Part shown: positions 24,235 through 33,160 of the stretch, piece by piece
How positions within the stretch are numbered: the stretch's first letter is position 1
Layout of the letters: every line of letters starts with the position of its first letter
Source of the DNA: Candidatus Saccharimonadia bacterium
GTDB lineage: Bacteria; Patescibacteriota; Saccharimonadia; CAILAD01; JADZBC01
Assembly: GCA_041907025.1 (NCBI GenBank)
Contig: JAYRIB010000062.1
Coordinates: 1-62,357, forward strand
Direction: 5' to 3'
DNA length: 62,357 nucleotides
Notes under the pieces: model-generated
The model's database searches: none
Told to the model about the DNA's origin: nothing
Seen by the model: the letters and a program-made list of their open reading frames with translations, nothing else
Position numbers and translations under genes: made by a program

Positions 24235-25431
24235 TTAGCGTTCGAAGGTAGTTGCTGTCGAGGTGAATCCAGTTACTTCTGTGGCAGTCTTGCCCAAGAA
24301 TACTTGAGCCTTGAGCTTCTCGCCAGATTGGACCTGTACAAGTATAACGCCTTGAACTTGCGCGTTTGAAGCGCCAGCCTGCTGCTGTGGTTGGCCTGGT
24401 GAAGCTGGTTGCTGAGTAAGCTCGTATTTAATCACGCCACTTGAGGCACTAATCGTAGCGGGGTCGGGTGCATTACCCTTCACCTGGAAGGCACGAGGCT
24501 GACCATCACCTGGGTCGCCAATTGAAATGACAATTATGCCTGGGTCGTAAGCGTAGGGGATAATGGCTAGGTGCCCGCTCCAGTAGCCACGGCCGCTACT
24601 GTCGCCAACCTGGGTATTCTTAGGCCCTGCGTAGCCATTGGTACCCTGTTTGAACCAGTTACCAATCAGTTTGCCTGGCTGGTCGTAATCAATCTTGCCC
24701 GCGCGCGGCTCCACTGTGCGGGCGTTCTTGGCGAGCATTGGCATCTTCATGGCGGCGTCAAAATAACTAAAGAAGTCATCGGTATGGACCTTCCACGGCT
24801 CACCCTCATACATCTTTGGGCTAATGAAGCCGGAAAGAGTAAGCTCTTGATCGTAAATTGCCGTATCGAGTGACTGTTCGCCAATCCAGCCGATAATCTG
24901 CCCTGATTTGATAGCGATCTTGCCGTTATAGCCCTTGGTTGAAGCATCAGGAGCTTTGGAGGTAATGCTGTCGTCCAGCTTGGTAATCAGGTCGAAGTAG
25001 CTGGTGGTGCGACAGGTGTGCTGCATCTCAAGTCGATACTCAGGTGGACGTTGCTCGCCGTTGCTGACATTCACGCCTCGTACCTGAATGTTGCTAATGT
25101 AGCCATCCGCCATGGCATAGACTGGGTATTTGTCGCGTGGGCCAGCTTTCGGGTAGAAGTACAGGTGGTCTATTGGGGTTACGTGAGCACCGGCCGTGAG
25201 CCCCATAGGGGCGACTGATGACACGTCGGCCATATCCATTGGTTGGTGTGTCATCGCTACTTTATTTTCCCCCTTGCAGCCACTCAACGCCTTAGATAGA
25301 GGATTGTTATTGCTACTCTTGCCACCCTTGCCAGCGAGAGCAAAGAAGACCATCCCACCTATGAGCGCAAGGATGATGATTGGGAGGATTATATGCGAGA
25401 TACCTGTAGGGGTGCGTTTGGATGATTTCAT
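24235..25431 (-). CDS. Membrane-anchored extracytoplasmic hypothetical protein
   Basis: Leaderless ATG at 25431, 7 nt after TATAAT (the track starts at TTG 25437). N-terminal TM helix ILPIIILALIGGMVFFAL. Native composition. No family recognised. Confidence 0.65.
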   Translation of the reverse strand: MKSSKRTPTGISHIILPIIILALIGGMVFFALAGKGGKSSNNNPLSKALSGCKGENKVAMTHQPMDMADVSSVAPMGLTAGAHVTPIDHLYFYPKAGPRDKYPVYAMADGYISNIQVRGVNVSNGEQRPPEYRLEMQHTCRTTSYFDLITKLDDSITSKAPDASTKGYNGKIAIKSGQIIGWIGEQSLDTAIYDQELTLSGFISPKMYEGEPWKVHTDDFFSYFDAAMKMPMLAKNARTVEPRAGKIDYDQPGKLIGNWFKQGTNGYAGPKNTQVGDSSGRGYWSGHLAIIPYAYDPGIIVISIGDPGDGQPRAFQVKGNAPDPATISASSGVIKYELTQQPASPGQPQQQAGASNAQVQGVILVQVQSGEKLKAQVFLGKTATEVTGFTSTATTFER

Positions 25432-25571
25432 AGTCAAGATTATAGTCTAAGCATAAGTACTTAGGCTAGTGTTTTATACATGTAAGATTCTTGCGCTTGT
25501 CTGACGATCTAGAGCGCTCTATAGTAAGAATCAGATCGCAACGCACCCCTACACGAAAGTGATGTGACCTA

Positions 25572-25955
25572 ATGTCCGACCTACATCCGACCACTAGGCA
25601 TGAAGTCTGGAGTGGCACCCCCAAGGGATCGCTTGATTACCGCCTGACAGATCTCTACGCCGGCAGGATTCGTGCCTACATACCGCCTGGCTTCCAGGGT
25701 CTGCTGGTTCCCAAGAAGGAGGGTCGACGAATCCTTCGTATTCCGTTTGGTGCACAAGTACCAAACGAGGGACTTGATGGGCTACGAGATCTCGAGACGG
25801 ACAAGAAGGATGAGCTCCTCGACCTGTTTCGAGAGCTAGGGCACACACTGCCCATCTTTCGGTCTGACCCAGAGAGGTTGCAGGCCCAAAACGACCTTCT
25901 TGCCGTCCATAGAGTCGGCTTCACTCAAACCGAAGGTGTTTTCGTACTCGTGTGA
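25572..25955 (+). CDS. Hypothetical 127-aa protein
   Basis: ORF downstream of a TTGTCT-17-TATAGT promoter and followed by a strong terminator. The RBS is weak. Confidence 0.45.
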   Translation: MSDLHPTTRHEVWSGTPKGSLDYRLTDLYAGRIRAYIPPGFQGLLVPKKEGRRILRIPFGAQVPNEGLDGLRDLETDKKDELLDLFRELGHTLPIFRSDPERLQAQNDLLAVHRVGFTQTEGVFVLV

Positions 25956-25981
25956 CCTCCTTCGGCGCGACAGCACCAACA

Positions 25982-26029
25982 CCCACCGACCAGAGCCCAT
26001 CGGCCTCTGGTCGGTGGGTTTCTCGTTTT
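25982..26029 (+). terminator. Intrinsic terminator
   Basis: CCCACCGACCAGAG-9 nt-CTCTGGTCGGTGGG followed by TTTCTCGTTTT. Confidence 0.65.
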
Positions 26030-26065
26030 GCAAGAACAGAAGCAAGAAAGTGGTATAATATCGGC

Positions 26066-26533
26066 ATGAAGAAGTACGCCCCACTCATCGGCATAGGCAT
26101 AGCGGCTCTGGCGATAATCGGCATTGTCCTATTCGCACCCAAGGCCAATGACTATAAATCAGAGTCCATGAAGGTTCCAGTCAGTACGTCGAGCAATAGC
26201 AATGCGACAACAACCACACAAACAGCGCCCGGGGCCTACATAGATTACTCGGCGGACGTAATCGCCAACACCAACGGAACCAAGATCCTCTTCTTCCACG
26301 CGCCGTGGTGCCCACAGTGCAAAGCGCTCGAGGCTAGCATCAAGGCTGGCCCGATCCCGACAGACACCACCATTATCAAAGTGGACTACGACTCAAACCA
26401 AGCCCTCAAACAAAAGTATGGCGTTACCACGCAAACCACACTTGTGCTGGTGGATGACAATGGCAATCTCGTCAAGAAGTACGTAGCCTATAGCACCCCA
26501 TCGCTGAGCGCTGTAATTTCCAACCTACTCTAG
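26066..26533 (+). CDS. Membrane-anchored thioredoxin-fold protein
   Basis: WCPQC active site and an N-terminal TM helix. The ATG lies 6 nt after TGGTATAAT (leaderless). Confidence 0.8.
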   Translation: MKKYAPLIGIGIAALAIIGIVLFAPKANDYKSESMKVPVSTSSNSNATTTTQTAPGAYIDYSADVIANTNGTKILFFHAPWCPQCKALEASIKAGPIPTDTTIIKVDYDSNQALKQKYGVTTQTTLVLVDDNGNLVKKYVAYSTPSLSAVISNLL

Positions 26534-27252
26534 TGCCGCTCATCATTATCGCATTCTTAGCCGGTGTGCTCACTGCCCTGGCGCCGTGTGTCTTGCCCAT
26601 CATACCAGTCGTCATTGGTGGGTCGGTCGGCGGCAAGCCAGATCGCCGCAAGCCCTTCATAGTCTGTGCGTCTCTGCTCGTGTCAATCGTAGCCTTTACC
26701 TTGTTGCTCAAGGGTAGTACCTTACTCATCTCGGTGCCAGATGTGTTTTGGCGCACGCTCTCGGGCGTAATGATTGCATTCTTTGGCCTAACCCTCTTGT
26801 TCCCGCTACTGTGGGACAAGCTCACCGCTTGGACGGGGATTTTTAATAAGTCACAACGAGCTCTTGGTGGTGCCTACAAGAAGGGTGGGGTTGGTGGCGC
26901 GGTTATGATCGGCGCCATGCTTGGCCCGGTTTTCTCGAGTTGTAGCCCGGTCTATCTCTTTATTCTCTCTACTGTATTGCCGCGCAACTTCCTCGAGGGG
27001 ATCATCTATATCGTCGCATACGCGCTTGGACTGTGCGTGGTACTTCTGCTGGTTGGTATCTTTGGTCAAAAGGTAATCGCCAAGTTTGCCTGGGCCACCA
27101 ACCCGTATGGTTGGTTCAAGCGGGGAACAGGTGTGTTACTGGTATTAGCGGGGCTTGCCATTGTAAGTGGTGCCGACAGAAGCTTGCAGCAATACGTGGT
27201 GGATCGTGGCATCCTCGACATAACCAAGGTCGAGCAGCAGCTCCTTAAGTAG
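26533..27252 (+). CDS. ccdA: Cytochrome c biogenesis / thiol-disulfide transporter CcdA (DsbD family)
   Basis: 239 aa and polytopic. The N-terminal LAGVLTALAPCVLPIIP motif has the conserved Cys. The GTG start overlaps the thioredoxin stop by 1 nt. Confidence 0.85.
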   Translation: MPLIIIAFLAGVLTALAPCVLPIIPVVIGGSVGGKPDRRKPFIVCASLLVSIVAFTLLLKGSTLLISVPDVFWRTLSGVMIAFFGLTLLFPLLWDKLTAWTGIFNKSQRALGGAYKKGGVGGAVMIGAMLGPVFSSCSPVYLFILSTVLPRNFLEGIIYIVAYALGLCVVLLLVGIFGQKVIAKFAWATNPYGWFKRGTGVLLVLAGLAIVSGADRSLQQYVVDRGILDITKVEQQLLK

Positions 27253-27283
27253 AGGCGATAAGGGAATATACCTAGAATATAAT

Positions 27284-27304
27284 AAGGAGCCCTTAGGGCT
27301 CCTT
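27284..27304 (+). terminator. Hairpin after ccdA
   Basis: AAGGAGCCC-TTA-GGGCTCCTT. Confidence 0.6.
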
Positions 27305-27511
27305 ATGTAGGCTGCCTACTTTTATGTAGGCTCTACCTGTGTTTAGCCACCTCACTGGTGACAATCTTATTGTACACCCACCGCTACTAAACGCGTCAAG
27401 GGGGTTTTGGGGACTTTTTACGAACGCTTTACGAACTTATCAACAGTCTTGTACACAGGGGGATAACACTCCTTGTTTACACCAGGCTAAGCCGTGTGCT
27501 TTAATACCCTT

Positions 27512-28303
27512 ATGCTCAAATCACTTCTCAAGATTCGCCTGTCCCTCCTCGCCCCGAGCTTCTTTGTCTTCTTTGTCGTATTAGTTTATATAGTTCCACG
27601 CCAAACGCTGACGCCTGGCCAGCTGGCGCTGTTCTCGGTTAACTCATTCCTGTTTGGCTACTACTTCGGGCCACTACTCAGTGCTCAAAAGAGCCGTGTG
27701 GCCGGCCTCAACGCCCTCACCCGCCAAGAGGAGATGACGATGCTCGACATCCTCTCCCAGGCACACCTCCTAAAGAAGGAGTCGACTCGCCATACACTCA
27801 AGATAAAACTCAAAACCTATCTAGACAGTATTATTGGCAACTACCACATCTCGGCTGACAACGCCCACTATGATGAACTACTGTACTGGCTGAAACACCA
27901 ACAAGGCGAGGACCAACAAGTGCTTGATCAGATCTACAATGAAGTATCAAAAACCCAAGATCACCGCAGCGACATATCCAACCTCCTCGCCTCCAAGGTC
28001 TATAGTCACGAATGGCTCGTAGTAACGGTGCTGTTCTCAATTACACTCTACTTCTCGGTTATGACAAACTTTGGCGACTCACTCTTCTTCGGCTTTATGC
28101 TGGCTGTGTTGTGTGCTGGGCTTTGTATGCTCATGGCAATTCTCATCAAGTTCGCGACTCTGAGCCACAAGGAATCCAAGCGCATGTGGGATACACTCAA
28201 GGCGCTCGACGCCAAGCACTTTGACGACATTACCCATGCCGAGGTGGTAGCCGAAGTTCATCGACTCAGAGAAGCCAACATCAAACGCCACCACACAAAC
28301 TAG
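27512..28303 (+). CDS. Hypothetical membrane protein
   Basis: ATG at 27512. TM helices at the N-terminus (LLAPSFFVFFVVLVYIV, LALFSVNSFLFGYYFGPLL) and C-terminus (LVVTVLFSITLYFSV, FFGFMLAVLCAGLCMLMAILI). Confidence 0.6.
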   Translation: MLKSLLKIRLSLLAPSFFVFFVVLVYIVPRQTLTPGQLALFSVNSFLFGYYFGPLLSAQKSRVAGLNALTRQEEMTMLDILSQAHLLKKESTRHTLKIKLKTYLDSIIGNYHISADNAHYDELLYWLKHQQGEDQQVLDQIYNEVSKTQDHRSDISNLLASKVYSHEWLVVTVLFSITLYFSVMTNFGDSLFFGFMLAVLCAGLCMLMAILIKFATLSHKESKRMWDTLKALDAKHFDDITHAEVVAEVHRLREANIKRHHTN

Positions 28304-28339
28304 AATACAAGGCCTTTTTGCGCTAAACTGTCTTTGTTC

Positions 28340-28431
<92 letters not shown>

Positions 28432-28466
28432 TACAAAGAGTCGGTGCTAGCCACCGGCTTTTTGTA

Positions 28467-29129
28467 TTACTTCTTGGCCACCACCAAGCCCCACACCTGT
28501 TTGGCCCCGGCGGCCTTGAGCATGCGAGCACATTCGTTCATTGTTGCGCCCGTAGTCATGACATCGTCTACAATCAATATGCGCTGGCCAGCCACGTCTT
28601 GCGGCTTGTAGCAAACAAAGTTACCCTTGACCGCCTCGAGCCGCTGAGAGCGGCGCAGGTGCGTCTGTGAGGTATGGGCTGTACGCAAGAGGGTAGCGCG
28701 GTAAGGCAGTGACGCCTGCTTGGCAACAGCCCGCGCTAGCAACTCGGCTTGATTGTAGCCGCGCTGGCGCAAAGCCCTACCGTCGCTCGGTACTGCGGTC
28801 ACGACGTCGTAACCAGAAAGATCAGAGTTTTCGACTAACTGAGCGGCCATAAACCCAGCCACCGCTCGGTCGTTGGCATATTTAAGCCGATACACCAAGG
28901 ACTTTACGTGTCCATCGTAGCGCCATAACACACTCGCGCCGCGCAATGACGTTTTACGCACGCACACCGAGCAGGCTCGGCCATCCGCCGTAAGCCGGTT
29001 GCAATAAAAGCAACTGGGCACCTTGCGCACAAAAGCAGTCTGCGCGCACTCCACGCAGACAACTTCACCTGGCCGGGCACAAACCGCGCAGTCATGTGGC
29101 GCAATGAATCCTATGAGTTTTTGTAGCAT
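28467..29129 (-). CDS. ComF-family phosphoribosyltransferase-domain protein
   Basis: N-terminal Cys-rich zinc-finger-like segment (CAVC...CVEC...CFYC...CSVC) and the C-terminal PRTase motif ILIVDDVMTTGAT. Confidence 0.8.
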   Translation of the reverse strand: MLQKLIGFIAPHDCAVCARPGEVVCVECAQTAFVRKVPSCFYCNRLTADGRACSVCVRKTSLRGASVLWRYDGHVKSLVYRLKYANDRAVAGFMAAQLVENSDLSGYDVVTAVPSDGRALRQRGYNQAELLARAVAKQASLPYRATLLRTAHTSQTHLRRSQRLEAVKGNFVCYKPQDVAGQRILIVDDVMTTGATMNECARMLKAAGAKQVWGLVVAKK

Positions 29130-29204
29130 ACTTGTTGCAATTACTCCTGTTGTGTGGCTATAATAAGGTTAAGAGTAGCGCTAAGCAAGGATAAGGAGTA
29201 ATTT

Positions 29205-29633
29205 ATGGCACGCAAAAATGATGTTGACGAAGAGATCTTGCAAGAAGAGTTCTTAGACGACCAAGCCAGTGGTGATGACTGGATGGCCGAGGGTGAGTTT
29301 GAGGGCCAATTGGCTGTAGATGTTTACCAAACCAAAGACACAGTAGTAATTAAGGCGCCGATTGCCGGTGTGCGCCCCGATGACATTGACGTTGCCATCA
29401 GCGAAGATGTGGTAACTATTCGTGGTGACCGCAAAGACGAGAAGGCCGTTGATAAAGAGCACTACTACGTACAAGAGTGCTTCTGGGGTTCATTCTCGCG
29501 CTCAGTCATTCTGCCAACCTCAACAATTGCCGACAAGGCTGTAGCCAGCCTCAAGGATGGTGTGCTCACTATTGAGATTCCAAAGGTAGTTCAGAACAAG
29601 GTTAAAAAGATTAAGGTCAGCGCGAGCCTCTAG
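29205..29633 (+). CDS. Hsp20/alpha-crystallin small heat-shock protein
   Basis: 142 aa. The alpha-crystallin core is present: AVDVYQT.D..VIKAP.AGV.PDDIDV......V.I.G.R...........Y..E...G.F.R...LP... and GVLTIEIPK. Confidence 0.88.
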   Translation: MARKNDVDEEILQEEFLDDQASGDDWMAEGEFEGQLAVDVYQTKDTVVIKAPIAGVRPDDIDVAISEDVVTIRGDRKDEKAVDKEHYYVQECFWGSFSRSVILPTSTIADKAVASLKDGVLTIEIPKVVQNKVKKIKVSASL

Positions 29634-29655
29634 TAAGCGTCCTATCTGCAACAAT

Positions 29656-29680
29656 CGACCCGCCACTCGGGTCGTTTTTG
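29656..29680 (+). terminator. Intrinsic terminator of the hsp20 gene
   Basis: CGACCCG-ccact-CGGGTCG TTTTTG. Confidence 0.7.
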
Positions 29681-30123
29681 TTTACGCACATTCCCCTTGC
29701 CCCTAACCCCGACCTTGGATCCGCCAGCTGGCGGATCAGGCAGTGAGGAGCTTAGACACCAGACAGAGTGAACCACGAGAGCCTTCAAGGCTTGCAGTGG
29801 GCACGACATTCTAGTGTCTAAGCGAATGAACGCACCTTGATGCGAACCCGTGGTCGGGAATACTTTTGACTACTTTTGGTATCTTCAAAAGTAGTAAGAG
29901 ATTAAAGTAACTATTCTCTTAACCTAATTGTTCTTTTGAAAAGACCAAAAGAACCTAAAGTCTTTGCGGCATGGGGCTTATCTCTTGGTGGTACTCCTCC
30001 ATACTCAAACAGAAGTGCTCTGCGGGGTTCGCTTGGATGCCAAGCTCAGCAATCCTCGAGCGTTCTGTTCTGAGCACTTCGTAGCACGTCCACGATCTTC
30101 GAATGTCGCCAGGGGGCAGAAGG

Positions 30124-31461
30124 CTATTCGCTGCGCGAGATCTCTTGGGTAGTACGGGTAGCGGCTGTGTCCACGGCCGCTTGAGCATCGCCGCCACTGA
30201 GTACAGCGCCAATCATGTCACCAAAAATACCATCGACATTATAGCTGTTACCCTTATACCAGGTGGTTGCGCTCAGCGTCTGCTTAGCAAATGGCCCAAG
30301 GTACTTGTCTTGACCTTGTTGAATCACCAGGTCTTTACGGGCCGCTGGACGATAGGTAGCAATACTATAGCGATTAAGCTGCGTACGAGTTGAGACAAAG
30401 CGCAGGAAGTCCCAAGCCACTTCCTCATGCTTGCTCGTCTTACTCACCTGCTCAACCCAAAACTCCGCGCCGTTGATTGGCTTGGCGGTGTTTACCTGGG
30501 GCAGGGCGGCCATCTTGTACTTCAGGCTTGGTGCGGCGGCGTCAATCTCTGGGGCGCGGTAGGCATAGTCAATCATCATGGCAACCTTGCCAGCCTTAAA
30601 GGCGTCTAGTGAGTTGCCAAGTTTATCGTTCCAAGAATAGTTTGGGTTGGCAGGCTTAGCAAAGCTGGTGTAAAAGCTCATAGCCTTAGCGCTGGACGCG
30701 TAGCCGGTGCTATCTGGTTTGTTAAACGTAGCCTGGGTGGGGGGAGTGTTGGTCATGATAGCGCCGTTTTGCTGCATCAGAACCGATACAATCGCAGTGT
30801 AATCGGTAACTGAGGCGCTGCCCAGCGCTACCCCTGCTTGGGTTATGTCCGCGCCGTTTTTAATAGCCAGCTTAGCGTTCATATCCATCAGCTCCTGCCA
30901 AGTCTTGGGGGGGCTCGAAATTCCGGCTTTGCTCAGCAGGTCTTCGTTATAAAACAGCCCGAGCGTCGAGACGCTATAGGCCAAGCCCTCCACCAGCTGC
31001 CCGCTGACCAGTTTGCTTGAGGCCACATCTACAAAGGTGTCTTTAAACTCTTGGGCGCTGTAGACGGTGTCTGGTGCCGGCTCATGGTAGGCGCGGTAGC
31101 GCGGTAGCCAATCATCTTTGATGGAGTATATGTCCGGCAGTTTGTTGGCTTTAGCCGCCTCTGTCAGCTGTTTGTCGTAGGTGGCAACGTCAACATTGCT
31201 CAGCTTGATCGTCACATTCGGGTGAATCGCCGCATAATCCTTGATGATCTGATTAAACGGCTCCGTGCCGTCAACTGTGCGCCAGTAGCTGAGAGTAATC
31301 GGCTCAGACGGAAAAACGATCCGTGATCCCGACGGCTCTATACCCTCTACTGTTATGGAGTTTTGCTGCGTAGTTGGCACCATCAAGGCCAAGCCAACCA
31401 GAATAGCCAACGATATGCTTACCGCAACAATAGTAGCCTTATGTCGTTTCAGAGACTTCAT
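30124..31461 (-). CDS. ABC transporter extracellular solute-binding protein (family 1, sugar-type)
   Basis: 445 aa with an N-terminal membrane anchor or signal. The overall SBP_bac_1-like pattern is present (LSYWRT...NP.V.I......Y..KL......LPD). No permease or ATPase genes are adjacent in this window. Confidence 0.8.
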   Translation of the reverse strand: MKSLKRHKATIVAVSISLAILVGLALMVPTTQQNSITVEGIEPSGSRIVFPSEPITLSYWRTVDGTEPFNQIIKDYAAIHPNVTIKLSNVDVATYDKQLTEAAKANKLPDIYSIKDDWLPRYRAYHEPAPDTVYSAQEFKDTFVDVASSKLVSGQLVEGLAYSVSTLGLFYNEDLLSKAGISSPPKTWQELMDMNAKLAIKNGADITQAGVALGSASVTDYTAIVSVLMQQNGAIMTNTPPTQATFNKPDSTGYASSAKAMSFYTSFAKPANPNYSWNDKLGNSLDAFKAGKVAMMIDYAYRAPEIDAAAPSLKYKMAALPQVNTAKPINGAEFWVEQVSKTSKHEEVAWDFLRFVSTRTQLNRYSIATYRPAARKDLVIQQGQDKYLGPFAKQTLSATTWYKGNSYNVDGIFGDMIGAVLSGGDAQAAVDTAATRTTQEISRSE

Positions 31462-31552
31462 TACTGCCTATTTTACCACGGCGCTAGCAGCAGCTCCTAA
31501 ACACAAAACGCTCAGGCGGATCCTGAGCGTTTTGTGGAGCGAGAGTGGAGCG

Positions 31553-31915
31553 CTAAAACTGCTTGATAACAAAGTTGGCAATACTATAAGCAAGCAAAGA
31601 CACAACCAAGCCAATAACGGCGTACAAGATAGTGTCCTTAGCTGCCGTGGTGTTCTTAGAATCACCACCCGAGAGGACGTAGCGGAAGCCACCGATGATA
31701 ATCATAATAACTGAGATTATCCCAACTGCCAGAATGAGTACATTGGTAATGTTCCCGAGCTGTGATTCCAGTGTTGGGCCACCCGTCTGTCCTGTACATT
31801 CAGCGCCAGCAGCAGCTCCACCGGTAAGGTCGCAAGCAGCAAAAGCCCGCTGTGAGCCGAGGAGAACGGCTGTTGCAGCGGACGACAAGATAAGGTTTAG
31901 CCTAGCTAAGCGCAT
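31553..31915 (-). CDS. T4SS pilin-like protein (TrbC/VirB2-like), paralog 1
   Basis: Start set at M49 of the track ORF (MRLARLNLILSSAATAVLLGSQRAFA = signal peptide). It has a variable region, then two hydrophobic helices joined by GGFRYVLSGGDSKNTTAAKDTILYA. Confidence 0.7.
   Translation of the reverse strand: MRLARLNLILSSAATAVLLGSQRAFAACDLTGGAAAGAECTGQTGGPTLESQLGNITNVLILAVGIISVIMIIIGGFRYVLSGGDSKNTTAAKDTILYAVIGLVVSLLAYSIANFVIKQF
31619..31699. repeat. 81-nt near-identical segment shared with 31986..32066
   Basis: By my reading the two 81-nt segments differ at about 5 positions. They encode the conserved inter-helix loop of pilin paralogs 1 and 2. Confidence 0.8.
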
Positions 31916-31919
31916 GGCT

Positions 31920-32273
31920 CTAGAACTGGTCAATGACGAACTGCATAATCGAGTAGGATAGCAGGGCCACAACCACACCGATGATGGCGTACAGGATGGT
32001 ATCCTTAGCTGCCGTGGTGTTTTTAGAATCACCACCTGAGAGGACGTAGCGGAAGCCACCGATGATCAGCATGATGACCGAGATGATACCAATCACGGTA
32101 ATCATGATGTTTGTTACGTTGGCGACCGAATCAGTTAAGCTGGTGGTCTGTAGGTTACCCTTAGCCGCATTAATGCCCTCTTGAGCATCAGAGTTAGCAG
32201 CCATTGCAGTGCTTGCGCTCAGCATAGCGCCAGTAAGGCCTAAGCCGACTTTAGAAGTGAGTTGTTTGAACAT
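31920..32273 (-). CDS. T4SS pilin-like protein, paralog 2
   Basis: 117 aa with the same architecture. GGFRYVLSGGDSKNTTAAKDTILYAIIGVVVALLSY. Confidence 0.7.
   Translation of the reverse strand: MFKQLTSKVGLGLTGAMLSASTAMAANSDAQEGINAAKGNLQTTSLTDSVANVTNIMITVIGIISVIMLIIGGFRYVLSGGDSKNTTAAKDTILYAIIGVVVALLSYSIMQFVIDQF
31986..32066. repeat. 81-nt near-identical segment shared with 31619..31699
   Basis: See the partner feature. Confidence 0.8.
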
Positions 32274-32371
32274 GTTTATGATTTCTCCTTAACAATTATG
32301 CTTAGATTGTAACGTAGCGGAGAAGGTTTGACAATACAAGAGCCTGAGAACATGCGCAGGAGAGTGTAGGC

Positions 32372-32722
32372 TTAGAATCGGCCGAGTACGAAGTTGACTA
32401 TCGCACCAGCTAAGAGGGTAATAACGAGGCCAATGACTGCATAAAGGATTGTGTCCTTAGCCGTGCCGGCCTTCTTGGAATCACCAGCAGATATAGCATA
32501 CATTATCCCACCGACAATAATCATAATGACAGAGATGATACCCGCGGCGTACAGGAGGGTGTTAGTGATATTGGGGATTATTTCATCCACGGTAGCCGGA
32601 GTGCCACTAAGATTGTCTATTTTAATTCCAGTAGATGTGGCTGCGGATGCGACAGCTCCTACCCGCAGTGTGGCTGCGGTAGAAATCATGGCGACAGTAA
32701 TTAACTTAAGTAATCTCTTCAT
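32372..32722 (-). CDS. T4SS pilin-like protein, paralog 3
   Basis: 116 aa. GGIMYAISAGDSKKAGTAKDTILYAVIGLVITLL. Confidence 0.7.
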   Translation of the reverse strand: MKRLLKLITVAMISTAATLRVGAVASAATSTGIKIDNLSGTPATVDEIIPNITNTLLYAAGIISVIMIIVGGIMYAISAGDSKKAGTAKDTILYAVIGLVITLLAGAIVNFVLGRF

Positions 32723-32765
32723 AGTTGAGATTATAGGCTAATACCAAATAAGAATAAAGTCTGGC

Positions 32766-33152
32766 TTAGTTAAGAGCTGAGAGTACGAAGTTTCCAATAG
32801 CCGCCGCGCTGATAGCAAGTACTAAGCCCAAGATTGCATAAGTAATGGTAGTCTTAGCCTTCTTGGTTCCGCTAGGATTGCCAGTTGATACAGCTAACTG
32901 GATGCCGCCTATGATTATAAATATTACCGAAACAATACCTACGGCGGTAAATGCCAAGTTAGTAACGTTAGATATGAGTTTTTCAACACCTGCAAGACAC
33001 GATGTATCAACTCCATCAAAGATACCTCCCGAAGCAGTAGTTCCTTGGCAGTTGTCTCCCGACGCAGCTCGAGAAATTGCAGGAATTACAAGGAACAAGG
33101 CTAACTGCACAAGAGTCAAAAGTCTTAATGCGATATTCTTACAGCTAGGCAT
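32766..33152 (-). CDS. T4SS pilin-like protein, paralog 4 (Cys-containing variable region)
   Basis: 128 aa. GGIQLAVSTGNPSGTKKAKTTITYAILGLVLAI. Confidence 0.65.
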   Translation of the reverse strand: MPSCKNIALRLLTLVQLALFLVIPAISRAASGDNCQGTTASGGIFDGVDTSCLAGVEKLISNVTNLAFTAVGIVSVIFIIIGGIQLAVSTGNPSGTKKAKTTITYAILGLVLAISAAAIGNFVLSALN

Positions 33153-33160
33153 GGTCGTCC

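Noticed and set aside
14561-26029. A prophage, ICE or transposon as the explanation for the island.
   Set aside because: I found no integrase, transposase, terminase, capsid or tail, relaxase or T4CP-like sequence, and no terminal inverted or direct repeats flanking the whole island. The tRNA-Arg 3' end is not duplicated at the distal boundary.
29955-30212. An 85-aa minus-strand ORF downstream of the solute-binding gene.
   Set aside because: It overlaps the 3' end of the 30124..31461 gene by about 90 nt in another frame. It has no RBS, and only a 15-aa ATG-initiated tail lies outside the overlap. It is mentioned only as a possible remnant.
31553-32059. The 168-aa track ORF as pilin paralog 1.
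   Set aside because: Its first 48 codons overlap the 3' end of paralog 2 in another frame. The signal peptide and the homology to the other paralogs begin at M49 (31915).
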